Positions 42,160-50,617 of a stretch of DNA of 51,561 bases are shown here, in pieces. Position 1 is the first letter of the stretch; each line of letters opens with the position of its first letter. The notes below the pieces were generated by a model. The model saw nothing but the letters and a program-made list of their open reading frames with translations, did no database searches and was not told the DNA's origin. The stretch is from an uncultured Verrucomicrobia subdivision 3 bacterium. Its GTDB lineage: Bacteria > Verrucomicrobiota > Verrucomicrobiia > Limisphaerales > UBA11358. Where the stretch lies: positions 1-51,561 of the forward strand of contig CAIJNQ010000280.1 of assembly GCA_903822015.1 (NCBI GenBank), read 5' to 3'. The position numbers were made by a program, and so were the translations under genes.

Positions 42160-42581
42160 CTGGGTTTGCCCACCGTCCCCCCATCCAGGCTGCCCGCCGG
42201 CGACTTCGGGCGGAAAAACAGGACGCTCATGGTTTGCACGACCTCGCGGCTGCCGCTCCGTTGCACCACATAATCCACCTGGAACAGCTTGTTGGTCATG
42301 ACTTCGTTGATGTCCGCCGTCCAAGTGTAGCCCGGATACGCCTTGCCGAAATCGCCGGATTGCCTCTCCTCCGCCAGCTGGTTGGTGAGCGATAGTTCCG
42401 AGGCGATCATCGCCGCGTCCACCATCGGCCGCTGCAGCCGCCGGGCGTTTTGCAGCGAGCTCGATACCAGCGACAGGATCACGAAGGTGCACATGAAAAA
42501 AATGCCCATGGCGATCATCACTTCCATCAGCGAAAATGCCCGCCGGCTCTGCCCGGCCCCGTTTTTGATTTCCGGTCTCAT
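42156..42581 (-). CDS. GspI-like minor pseudopilin
   Basis: 141 aa with a prepilin-like RRAFSLMEVMIAMGIFFMCTFVIL N-terminus. Confidence 0.65.
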   Translation of the reverse strand: MRPEIKNGAGQSRRAFSLMEVMIAMGIFFMCTFVILSLVSSSLQNARRLQRPMVDAAMIASELSLTNQLAEERQSGDFGKAYPGYTWTADINEVMTNKLFQVDYVVQRSGSREVVQTMSVLFFRPKSPAGSLDGGTVGKPR

Positions 42582-43112
42582 TTATTTTTTCAGCGGTTCC
42601 GCATCCGCGATGCCTGTGGCATATTCCAGCGTGATTTTCCGCCAGTCCGTGCCGGAATGCAGCACCAGCGTCAGTTCATCCGAGGTGCCGTTGGGATAAA
42701 ACCAGACGCGCGATTCCTCGGTTTGTGAAAAATCCAGCAGGTTGATCCCGATCGCCTCCATGGCGATGCCCTCGGGCAGGGTCACGGTTTTGCCGGTGGA
42801 GGAAGCCAGCCGGTTGTCCGCCGGCCGGAACGATACATAGGCGTTCTGTTCTTTGAGGATTGCGTTCGCCCGCGCATCGCCGAGCAGTTCGGTAACGTCC
42901 CCCACCGCTTTGCGCATGCCCTCCTTGCGCAGCATCTGGAGCAGGGAGGGGGCGCCCATCGCCAGGATCAGCCCGATGATGCCCACCACGATCATGATCT
43001 CGATCAATGTGAAGGCGGAATATTCACGGCTGACAGGTGACGGGTGACGCGAATTTGCATCACGCGTTGCGGTGTCCCTCTTGTCACTCGCCACTTGCCA
43101 CATGTCACTCAT
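42582..43112 (-). CDS. GspH/FimT-like pseudopilin
   Basis: 176 aa. SAFTLIEIMIVVGIIGLILAMGAP prepilin motif after an unusually long leader of about 35 aa. Confidence 0.7.
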   Translation of the reverse strand: MSDMWQVASDKRDTATRDANSRHPSPVSREYSAFTLIEIMIVVGIIGLILAMGAPSLLQMLRKEGMRKAVGDVTELLGDARANAILKEQNAYVSFRPADNRLASSTGKTVTLPEGIAMEAIGINLLDFSQTEESRVWFYPNGTSDELTLVLHSGTDWRKITLEYATGIADAEPLKK

Positions 43113-43115
43113 AAT

Positions 43116-44384
43116 TCACGAGTGAATCTGTGAAATCAGCTGGAACAGCGGCAGCAAAATACTGATCAGCAGAAAACCCACGACGACCGCCATCACGATG
43201 ATCAGCAGCGGTTCGATCAGTTGCGTCATCACCCGCAGGCCGATCTGGAGCTCGCTCTCGTAGGTGTCCGCCAGGTTGTTCAGCGCGCCCGGGACGTCGC
43301 CCGTCTCCTCGCCGATCCGCACCAGGTCCACCATCAGTTGCGGGAAAAGTTTGCTCTGCCCCAGGGGCTGCGCCAGCGTCTTGCCGTCGGTCACCGCCTC
43401 CCTCGTCTTCGCAATCGCCTCCTTGATCAGGCCGTTGGACATCACCTGCTCCGTGATTTTCAGCGCCGTCAAAACCGGCACGCCGTTCTGCAGCAGCGTT
43501 CCCAGTGTGCGCGCAAACTGGCCGAATAAATTCAATTTCACCACCTTGCCCACCACCGGCATCTTCATCTTCCACTCGTCGATCTTTCGCGCGCCCGCCG
43601 TGCTGGCTTGGAAACGTTTGAATAAAATCAAAGCCACGATGATCAACAGGCCCAGCAGCCACCAGTAATTGATGAAAAAGGTGCTCGCCCCCATTAATAT
43701 CCGGGTCGGCAGCGGCAGTTCCACGCCGAAGCCGTTGAATATCTCCATGAACTTCGGCATCATGAAAAACATGAAGAACGTCACGATCCCCGCCCCGACG
43801 CAGATCACCATCGCCGGGTAGATCAGCGCGGATTTGAACTTCGCCTGCACCTCCGCAAACTGCTCGAAATGCGCCGCCATGCGGCGCAGCACTTCCACCA
43901 GCGACCCGCTCGATTCGCCGGCGCGCACCATGTTGATGTAGAGATCGGAAAAAATGTGCGGCTGCTTCGCCATCGCCTCCGATAATCCCCGGCCCTCGGT
44001 GACTTCCTGTTTCAGGTTGCGGCTCACCTCGGCCGGGATGCCCTTGGACTCCAGGTGCGTCATGCTGTTGAGCGCCACGGTCAGCGGCATGCCCGACTGC
44101 AGCAGGTTGGCCATCTGGTTCGTGAACGTCGCCAGCTCCTGCAGCTTCGGTTTGCGCTTCTGCTGGAGTTGCGCGCGCAGCGCCGGCGGTAGGAACGAAA
44201 GATAATCCGTTTTTTGACCCGCCCGGCGGGCCGCCGCCCCGCCCGCCTTGGCCGTTTCCACCGCGATGGGAAAAAGCCCGAGCCGCTGGATCTGCACCAG
44301 CGCTGCCGGACGGTCGGCCACCTCGAGGACGCCCTCAACCAGTTCGCCGCTGCGCCGGCGCGCTTTGTAGGAAAATTCCGCCAT
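43116..44384 (-). CDS. gspF: Type II secretion / type IV pilus platform protein GspF/PilC
   Basis: 422 aa with two T2SS-F repeats, each followed by TM helices (ESGSLVEVLRRMA..., GEETGDVPGALNNLADTYE...). Confidence 0.92.
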   Translation of the reverse strand: MAEFSYKARRRSGELVEGVLEVADRPAALVQIQRLGLFPIAVETAKAGGAAARRAGQKTDYLSFLPPALRAQLQQKRKPKLQELATFTNQMANLLQSGMPLTVALNSMTHLESKGIPAEVSRNLKQEVTEGRGLSEAMAKQPHIFSDLYINMVRAGESSGSLVEVLRRMAAHFEQFAEVQAKFKSALIYPAMVICVGAGIVTFFMFFMMPKFMEIFNGFGVELPLPTRILMGASTFFINYWWLLGLLIIVALILFKRFQASTAGARKIDEWKMKMPVVGKVVKLNLFGQFARTLGTLLQNGVPVLTALKITEQVMSNGLIKEAIAKTREAVTDGKTLAQPLGQSKLFPQLMVDLVRIGEETGDVPGALNNLADTYESELQIGLRVMTQLIEPLLIIVMAVVVGFLLISILLPLFQLISQIHS

Positions 44385-44494
44385 AATTCTTATTATGATC
44401 TAAAACCGCCCTGGCCTGAAAGTTGCAAATTTACCCGCTGCCCTTCGCGAATCAGGCTTGACGCGCTCCGTGTTTTCGATTGGAGTATGCCGAT

Positions 44495-44890
44495 ATGAAG
44501 AAGTTAATTTTCCCTGCGTTGGTAGCGGCGGTCATCATCACCGCCGGTTGTGTCAGCACGGTGAGCGGCACCCATTCCCCCGCGTTGACCTGGTCCAAGG
44601 ACAAGGTGCAGGGCCGTTACGAGCGCTCTTTGGATCAGGTGTATCAGGCCTCGGTCACCGTCATCCAAAACAACGGCGTCCTGTTGACCGAATATATTCC
44701 GCATGACAACACCAACTCGGTGCGCTCCCTGCAGGGTAAGGTCAACGAAAAGAACGTCTGGATCCGGGTGGAATCGGTTGACCCTAAAGTTACGGAAGTC
44801 ACCGTACAGGCCCGCTCGTCCTGGGGCGTCAGCGATGTCGATCTCTCCCACGAATTGGAAAAAGAAATCGCGCTGCAGCTCGCCCGCTGA
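44495..44890 (+). CDS. Putative lipoprotein (DUF3568-like)
   Basis: MKKLIFPALVAAVIITAGC lipobox. The body (YERSLDQVYQASVTVIQNNG...VWIRVESVDPKVTEVTVQ) resembles DUF3568. Confidence 0.7.
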   Translation: MKKLIFPALVAAVIITAGCVSTVSGTHSPALTWSKDKVQGRYERSLDQVYQASVTVIQNNGVLLTEYIPHDNTNSVRSLQGKVNEKNVWIRVESVDPKVTEVTVQARSSWGVSDVDLSHELEKEIALQLAR

Positions 44891-44944
44891 GCCGGTTTCC
44901 TTCCCTAGTTTTTTGGCCGACCCCGCCCGAGCCGTTCGTTTTGA

Positions 44945-44968
44945 GTAGCAGCCGACGTAAGGAGGCTC
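44945..44968 (+). repeat. Dispersed motif GTAGCAGCCGACGTAAGGAGGCTC, copy B
   Basis: Matches 38177-38200 with 2 mismatches. Embedded in a 458-nt non-coding, hairpin-rich region. Confidence 0.6.
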
Positions 44969-45184
44969 TGACTTCTCCCAACTGTTGGTAGCCGGACCAT
45001 ATCGGTACATTTGAGCCAGCATGTGTCGACGGTTAAGGCGTATCCGAATCTTTCGTTGTAAAGAAGCGGCGGGCCTCCGGCCTGCCGTAGAGGGCGGCAC
45101 CTTGCCGCCCGGATAGAGCGATTGTCTATTGTAGTCGCTCGTTTCAAAACCCCTTGAACCACTGCGGGCCGTTTGGTCCGCTTT

Positions 45185-45237
45185 ACAGCCCACAGCCCAC
45201 AGCCAACTGACGACTGACGACTGACGACTGACGACTG
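45185..45237. repeat. Two abutting heptamer arrays: (ACAGCCC)x3 then (ACTGACG)x4.5
   Basis: Read directly: acagccc acagccc acagcc a actgacg actgacg actgacg actgacg actg. Confidence 0.9.
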
Positions 45238-45348
45238 CCTTGTTTGCCTCTCCGTTCATGACTGGACACCCGGATCGGTTTTTTGCATTTTACCGGCCCG
45301 TTTGGCCGGAATCCCGGCCGGAAGACGGGTTTTTTTGAATTAATCTTT

Positions 45349-45963
45349 ATGCAGACCTCGGACTTGGATGTATTGAAACAATTGGTGGCCGAATTGCGGG
45401 CTGAACACGTGGCCGAAAAGGAAAAGGCTAGGCGTGAAAGCTGGACCAAATATGTCTCGCTCACGATGGTGATCATCGCCGTGCTCGCGGCCGTTGCCAC
45501 CCTTAAGGGCGGCGGGTTCTCGACCCGCACCTTGAAGGAGATGAACGAGGCCACCTTCAATCAGACTCAGGCCTCCGACCAGTGGTCGTTCTATCAGGCC
45601 AAGTCCATCAAGCAGAATCTCTACGAAATCGAAGGGGATCACCTCGCCGCCGCCCCGGTGCCGGATGCGGCCGCCGTGGCCCGATTGAAGGCGAAGATTG
45701 ATAAATACGAAAAGGAAAAGGCGGACATCACGGCCCTGGCCAAAAAATATGAGGCGGCCCGCGATGAGGCCCGCAAAGCCGCCGCCGGTGCGGCGGAACA
45801 TTCTCGGCAGATGGGCCTGTCCATCACCCTGTTCCAGATTGCCATCGCGCTCGGCGCCATGTGTTTGATCGTCAAGAAAAAGCCGCTCTGGATCGTTTCC
45901 AGCATTCTGGGCGCCCTGGCCACCGCCCAGACGATTTACGTCTTTTACTTTCTGCCACTCTGA
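45349..45963 (+). CDS. DUF4337 domain-containing membrane protein
   Basis: KYVSLTMVIIAVLAAVATL...ASDQWSFYQAKSIKQNLYE... plus a C-terminal TM pair, typical of DUF4337. First ATG (MQTSDLDV). Confidence 0.75.
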   Translation: MQTSDLDVLKQLVAELRAEHVAEKEKARRESWTKYVSLTMVIIAVLAAVATLKGGGFSTRTLKEMNEATFNQTQASDQWSFYQAKSIKQNLYEIEGDHLAAAPVPDAAAVARLKAKIDKYEKEKADITALAKKYEAARDEARKAAAGAAEHSRQMGLSITLFQIAIALGAMCLIVKKKPLWIVSSILGALATAQTIYVFYFLPL

Positions 45964-46033
45964 TCCCGGCCGACTAGGCTAAGGCCTTCGATGATGGATG
46001 TACGATGTTCTGACTGGGCCCTGGGCCTTCCCA

Positions 46034-46060
46034 CTGGCTACTGACTACTGACTACTGACT
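46034..46060. repeat. Heptamer array (CTGRCTA)x4
   Basis: ctggcta ctgacta ctgacta ctgact, lying between convergent gene ends. Confidence 0.9.
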
Positions 46061-46069
46061 TCTTTTCCT

Positions 46070-47272
46070 CTAATATCTTCGCGGTGCGCCGTATTTCAAA
46101 CCAATGTTCTGTTCGTAATCGCCCAGCTTCATGTCCGGCGTTTCCTTTTTGCCTTTGATCTCCAGCTTCAGGCGATTCAGCCGCGACCGCGCCATGTCCG
46201 CCACCGGCAAATCGGGATAGCGTTCCACGATCTTCTCCAGCGTTTCGCGCGCCGTTTCATAATCCGCGCCGCCGTGTACCTGCAGGTCCGCCAGCAGATT
46301 CAGCCAGTGCGCCACGCGCTTCGCCGGCTGGTCGGGTTCGTTGATCATCTGCGCCAGTTCCAGCGTCGCCAGGTCCAGCCGTTGGTAATGCCGGGCGTAA
46401 AGGATCGCCAGCTTCTCGCGCGCCTCGGTGTCCCGCGGATGCTGTTCCAGTTGCTTCACATATTCCGCCGCCAGCAGCCCCGGGTCCGTCTCCTCCGGCA
46501 TCAAATGTTTGGAAGAATCCAGCAGCCCGATGTTGTTCACCCCTGCAGGAACCTGGACCGCCTGCCGGTCGTGCGCCGCCAGCAGGATTTTCTCCGTCCC
46601 CCCCAGATGCGCGATGCGCTGGGCCGCCTGCGCCGCCAGCGGTGTGCCCGGATACCGCGCGCTGATTTTTTCCAGCACCGCGCGCGCCGCCTCCGCGTCC
46701 TGCGCCAGCTTCAGCTGCCAGTCGGCCAGTTGCGTGAGCGCGGCGGCCACCTGCAGCGGCGGCGCGTCCGGCCGGTCGCAAAAATGGTTGAACGTGATCT
46801 CCGCCCCCGGCAAATCCTGTATGTCCTCGGCCTGGATGCTGGCCAGCAGCGTCACCCCCTCGAAATCGGCGGGGAATTTTGCCAGCTGCTCGCGAAGCGC
46901 CACGATGGCCTCGAACGGTTTGTTCAATTTCCGCTTTGTGATGGCCGCGGAATAAAACGGCTTTTTGTCCGGCCGCTCGTCGCCGCCGTCAAAAAGATTC
47001 GTGATCGGGCTGGCGATCCACTCCCCGATGTGCGGCGTCCACATGAACGACAGCACCACCGCCATGAAGACAATCAGGAAGGGGCCGAACGGCCCCATTT
47101 TATGCGCCAGCAGGATGCAGCCGATGATGAAGGGAATCGTGAACGCCCACTTGAAAAACATTTTGCCGGGGTCGTCGCTCTTCCGGAGCATGTAGATAAA
47201 TCCCCAGCCGATCAGGCCGACGATGACCACCAGTCCGACCGACCCCAGCACGATGTCAAAAACTCGCTGCAT
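46070..47272 (-). CDS. Membrane protein with C-terminal TPR-like repeats
   Basis: 400 aa with three N-terminal TM helices, followed by helical-repeat sequence (ILYARHYQRLDLATLELAQMI..., ARETLEKIVERYPDLPVADMARSRL). Confidence 0.7.
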   Translation of the reverse strand: MQRVFDIVLGSVGLVVIVGLIGWGFIYMLRKSDDPGKMFFKWAFTIPFIIGCILLAHKMGPFGPFLIVFMAVVLSFMWTPHIGEWIASPITNLFDGGDERPDKKPFYSAAITKRKLNKPFEAIVALREQLAKFPADFEGVTLLASIQAEDIQDLPGAEITFNHFCDRPDAPPLQVAAALTQLADWQLKLAQDAEAARAVLEKISARYPGTPLAAQAAQRIAHLGGTEKILLAAHDRQAVQVPAGVNNIGLLDSSKHLMPEETDPGLLAAEYVKQLEQHPRDTEAREKLAILYARHYQRLDLATLELAQMINEPDQPAKRVAHWLNLLADLQVHGGADYETARETLEKIVERYPDLPVADMARSRLNRLKLEIKGKKETPDMKLGDYEQNIGLKYGAPRRY

Positions 47273-47352
47273 GGCTGTAAAAGAAGCTCCTCTCGTTCTT
47301 GCCCGACTTCAAGTAAATACTGCTCTCTTCGGAGACACTCATCCCTCCGGAG

Positions 47353-47817
47353 TCAGCCGTGGCGATACGGTTTCGCCAGGGAAAACGTGTTCGGCAGATG
47401 CCGGATTTCGTGCACCGCACCGTCCGCCAGCAGCACCTCCACGATGTCGAACCGGATTTTTACCTCCGGATTCTTCAGCCGCCGCAGGTAATCCAGCGCT
47501 GTCTGCGACAGCAACCGCCGTTTGCGCGCATCCACCGCCGCCGCCGGCCGCGTCCAGTCTTCCGACGAACGGGTCTTTACCTCGACGAAGCAAAGGCAGT
47601 CATCGTCGCGGAATACTAGGTCGATTTCGCCGCGCTTGGAACGGAAGTTGGCGGTCAGAAATTTCAGGCCGAGCTGTTGCAGATGCTTTTTGGCCGCCCG
47701 CTCGCCCAGTTCGCCGCGCCGCAGATGTTCTGGTTCCGCTTTGCCAGCGAATAAAGCTTTGATTTTAACAAATGCATTCACGGGCAACTTAAGCTTGGCG
47801 CTATCACAATCATTCAA
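47353..47817 (-). CDS. yraN: YraN family endonuclease (UPF0102)
   Basis: RRGELGERAAKKHLQQLGLKFLTANFRSKRGEIDLVFRDDDCLCFVEVKTR is canonical YraN. The start is non-ATG (TTG at 47817 or GTG at 47781), and the extreme 5' end is AT-rich like the adjacent island. Confidence 0.85.
   Translation of the reverse strand: MNDCDSAKLKLPVNAFVKIKALFAGKAEPEHLRRGELGERAAKKHLQQLGLKFLTANFRSKRGEIDLVFRDDDCLCFVEVKTRSSEDWTRPAAAVDARKRRLLSQTALDYLRRLKNPEVKIRFDIVEVLLADGAVHEIRHLPNTFSLAKPYRHG
47594..47733. repeat. Direct repeat, left copy (inside intact yraN)
   Basis: Aligns by hand with 50322-50460, with about 16 differences including a 1-nt gap over about 139 nt. Confidence 0.85.
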
Positions 47818-47907
47818 ATAAAATTTTCAATTGCTTATATACACAAGAAGCGTATAAAGGCAACATTAAGCTAATCGAAATCCGACAAGGCCAAGCACTT
47901 AAACCTT

Positions 47908-50166
47908 ATGAAACCCAGATGCGCCCTGATTCGAGCCAGCCTCCTCTATGTTATGGTGACGTGCTTGATACCTGCCTTGGTGCAAGCGCAGTTTAGTTTT
48001 ACGACCAATAGCGATGCTTCGCTTAATATCAGCGGTTACACCGGCTCCGACAGTGTTTTGGTGATCCCGGAATCGACCAATGGTTCTCCGATCATCAGCA
48101 TTGGCAACAGTGTTTTTTATGGTGACACCAACCTGACGAGCATTTGGATTCCTTACAGCATTACCAACATCGGGAGCGCCGTGTTCCAAAATTGCTCCAG
48201 CCTGACGAACATCGCAGTAGACCCCAGCAATACATATTACAGCAGTCAGGGTGGAGTTTTGTTCGATGCAAGCCAAGCCGCCCTGATTCAATTTCCCGGA
48301 GGCGTTGGCAGTGGCTATGTTGTTCCGGGCAGCGTCGCCAGCATCCAAGGCCAGGCGTTTTATGGTTGCGGCGTGACCAGCGTAGAGATTCCAAACAGTG
48401 TTACCAACATCGGAGGCTCCGCATTCCAAGACTGCGCCGGCTTGACAAATATCACGGTGGATTCTAGCAATCCCGATTACAGCAGCCTTGGCGGTGTTTT
48501 ATTCGATGCGAGCCAACACAATCTGATTCAGTATCCCTGCGGACTCAGTGGTGGCTATGTGGTTCCCAACACCGTCACCAGCATCGGAGCCAATGCTTTT
48601 GCCAACTGCCTCAACTTGACCGGTATCACAATTCCAAACAGTGTCACCAACATTGGGCCACAGGTGTTTTTGGCATGCCCGAGTCTGACAAACGTCATCA
48701 TTGGCAACGGTGTTGTCAATATAAGTTATGGAGCCTTTCAACTTTGCAGCAACTTGACCGTCACTGTCAGCAACGGCATTAGTAATATCGGGACTTGGTT
48801 CAATGGCTGCACCGGGCTTGTTGGCATTACCCTTCCAAACACACTCACCAGCATTGGAGCAAATGCGTTCGCTAACTGTAGTGGACTTACGGGCATAATG
48901 ATTCCAGGCAGCGTTACCAGTCTTGGAACGGGTGCATTCCAAGGCTGCATACATCTGGCAAGCATAGTCATACCCAATGGCGTTACCAATATCGGGGCAA
49001 ATACGTTCTTTAGTTGCATCGGACTGACAAATGTGACGATTTTAGACAGCGTTACAGCAATAGGGTTTCAGGCATTTCGCAACTGTTCCAAGCTGGTCAA
49101 TATCAATTTTGGCAGCGGAATTACGAGCATCGGAGACTATGCCTTCGCTTTTTTACCAAATCTAAACAGCATTGTCATACCCGACAACACCACAAATATA
49201 GGAAGCTATACGTTCAGTTCTTGCACAAGCCTGACCAATGTTGTAATCGGTAATGGCGTAATAAGTATTGGTGGTTATGCGTTTTATAGCTGTTCCGGCC
49301 TAATCTACGTCACGCTCGGCAGTTGCATTCCAAGTGTTGGATCCTATGCATTCGGAAATTGCCCCAAGCTGGCCAACCTTACTATTGGCAGTCCCACTAT
49401 CACCAATTGGTTTTCGGGATGCCCTTTGACCAGTGTAACAATTCTCAACACTGTCACCAATATCGGCAGCCAGGCGTTCTACAATTTTTCGACTTTGACC
49501 AACGTCATTCTCGGCAACGCCGTCATCAGCATTGGGAGCCAGGCGTTTCAGCAGTGCGGTTTGATCAACCTTATTATTCCAAACAGTGCAACAACCATCG
49601 GGGGTTCTGCGTTCTATGGTTGTGCGAGCCTGCGACACGTCACAATTCCTAACAGTATAAACGATATTCCGGGCGGTGCGTTTTTTTCCTGTGTTAAACT
49701 AACCAGCGTCACAATTCCAAACAGTGTAACCAACATCGGAGCCAGTGCGTTTGATGGTTGCACCCGGTTAGCCAGCATGTATTTTGCGGGTGATGCGCCC
49801 ACACTCGGTTCTTATGCATTGCCTCCGTTAAATATTGCTCCATCTATCTATTATTTGCCTGGCACCTTGGGCTGGAGTTCAAGAGTAGGCACTCCAATTA
49901 CGTTGCCAACCGTGTTATGGAACCCGCAGGCACAAACCGGCGATGGCTTCTTTGGGGTTCTAGCCAACAAATTTGGATTCACTATCGCTGGCACCAGCAA
50001 CATTGTCGTGGTGGTGGAAGCTTGCACGAATATTGCCAATCCGGTCTGGTTTCTTGTATCTACCAATACGCTTAATAAGTTCGTCGGCACCAACGGGACC
50101 TCATATTACAGTGATCCGCAATGGACTAACTGTCCCAGCCGTTTCTACCAACTCAGATCACCGTAA
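47908..50166 (+). CDS. Secreted BspA-type leucine-rich-repeat (LRR_5) surface protein
   Basis: 752 aa. Signal peptide (LLYVMVTCLIPALVQAQ), more than 20 tandem units of about 23 aa (IPNSVTNIGxxAFxxCxxLTxVTI) and a conserved C-terminal tail (WNPQAQT...FGFTIAG...VVVEACTNIANPVW...RFYQLRSP). Visibly lower GC than the flanks. Confidence 0.9.
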   Translation: MKPRCALIRASLLYVMVTCLIPALVQAQFSFTTNSDASLNISGYTGSDSVLVIPESTNGSPIISIGNSVFYGDTNLTSIWIPYSITNIGSAVFQNCSSLTNIAVDPSNTYYSSQGGVLFDASQAALIQFPGGVGSGYVVPGSVASIQGQAFYGCGVTSVEIPNSVTNIGGSAFQDCAGLTNITVDSSNPDYSSLGGVLFDASQHNLIQYPCGLSGGYVVPNTVTSIGANAFANCLNLTGITIPNSVTNIGPQVFLACPSLTNVIIGNGVVNISYGAFQLCSNLTVTVSNGISNIGTWFNGCTGLVGITLPNTLTSIGANAFANCSGLTGIMIPGSVTSLGTGAFQGCIHLASIVIPNGVTNIGANTFFSCIGLTNVTILDSVTAIGFQAFRNCSKLVNINFGSGITSIGDYAFAFLPNLNSIVIPDNTTNIGSYTFSSCTSLTNVVIGNGVISIGGYAFYSCSGLIYVTLGSCIPSVGSYAFGNCPKLANLTIGSPTITNWFSGCPLTSVTILNTVTNIGSQAFYNFSTLTNVILGNAVISIGSQAFQQCGLINLIIPNSATTIGGSAFYGCASLRHVTIPNSINDIPGGAFFSCVKLTSVTIPNSVTNIGASAFDGCTRLASMYFAGDAPTLGSYALPPLNIAPSIYYLPGTLGWSSRVGTPITLPTVLWNPQAQTGDGFFGVLANKFGFTIAGTSNIVVVVEACTNIANPVWFLVSTNTLNKFVGTNGTSYYSDPQWTNCPSRFYQLRSP

Positions 50167-50321
50167 CAGGCAGAGGCCACAGATTCGATTGATCTAGCGC
50201 GCTGACAAAGTCCTCCTTAAGCTTCAATTAATAGCTGGGTTGTTGGCCGTTTCGATATAAAGCTGGCGTTTATCCTTATCTTTAATAATACCAAAGCCCA
50301 TTATTACATGCCTTATACAAC

Positions 50322-50518
50322 AGGCAGTCGTCGTCGCGGAAAACCAGGTCGATTTCGCCGCGTATTGAGTGGAAGTTGGCGGTGAGAAAATTCAGGCCGA
50401 GCTGTTGCAGATGTCTTTTGTCCGCCGCTCGCCCAGTTCGCCGCGCCGCAGATGCTCCGGCTTTTGCCTGCGGGCGAGCATGACCTTTAGTTTTTCAAGC
50501 AACCTCATGCCTCTGCTG
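50322..50518 (-). pseudogene. Truncated, frameshifted 5' fragment of a yraN gene
   Basis: The minus strand reads ATG-MRLLEKLKVMLARRQKPEHLRRGELGER. A 1-nt deletion relative to the intact copy then shifts the frame. Once corrected it continues ...HLQQLGLNFLTANFHSIRGEIDLVFRDDDCL, and homology stops abruptly at 50322. Confidence 0.75.
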
Positions 50519-50590
50519 TTGTTTTTTACCCGTGTCCATCTGTGGTTCAATTGGGTGTTGGGCGTTTAATGTTTCTCTTTTCTTTAATTA

Positions 50591-50617
50591 TTCGTGTGGT
50601 TCGTGTTTTTCGTGGTT
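50591..50617. repeat. Nonamer array (TTCGTGKNN)x3
   Basis: ttcgtgtgg ttcgtgttt ttcgtggtt. Overlaps the rnhB stop codon. Same word and orientation as 26170-26196. Confidence 0.85.

Noticed and set aside
44504-45259. 251-aa minus-strand ORF
   Set aside because: It is antisense to the lipoprotein gene and then continues through the repeat mosaic (translating the motif as EPPYVGCY). Not credible as a gene.
46274-47491. 405-aa ORF antisense to the TPR membrane protein and yraN
   Set aside because: It spans two real minus-strand genes plus their intergenic gap, and its composition is extremely Arg-rich. It is a shadow ORF.
47818-50321. Search for an integrase, transposase or terminal inverted repeats in the low-GC cassette
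   Set aside because: Only the LRR gene is present. The shared CTTAAGCTT 9-mer near both edges (about 47788 and about 50214) is too short to call an att core. The cassette is therefore reported as an insertion footprint, not as a defined mobile element.
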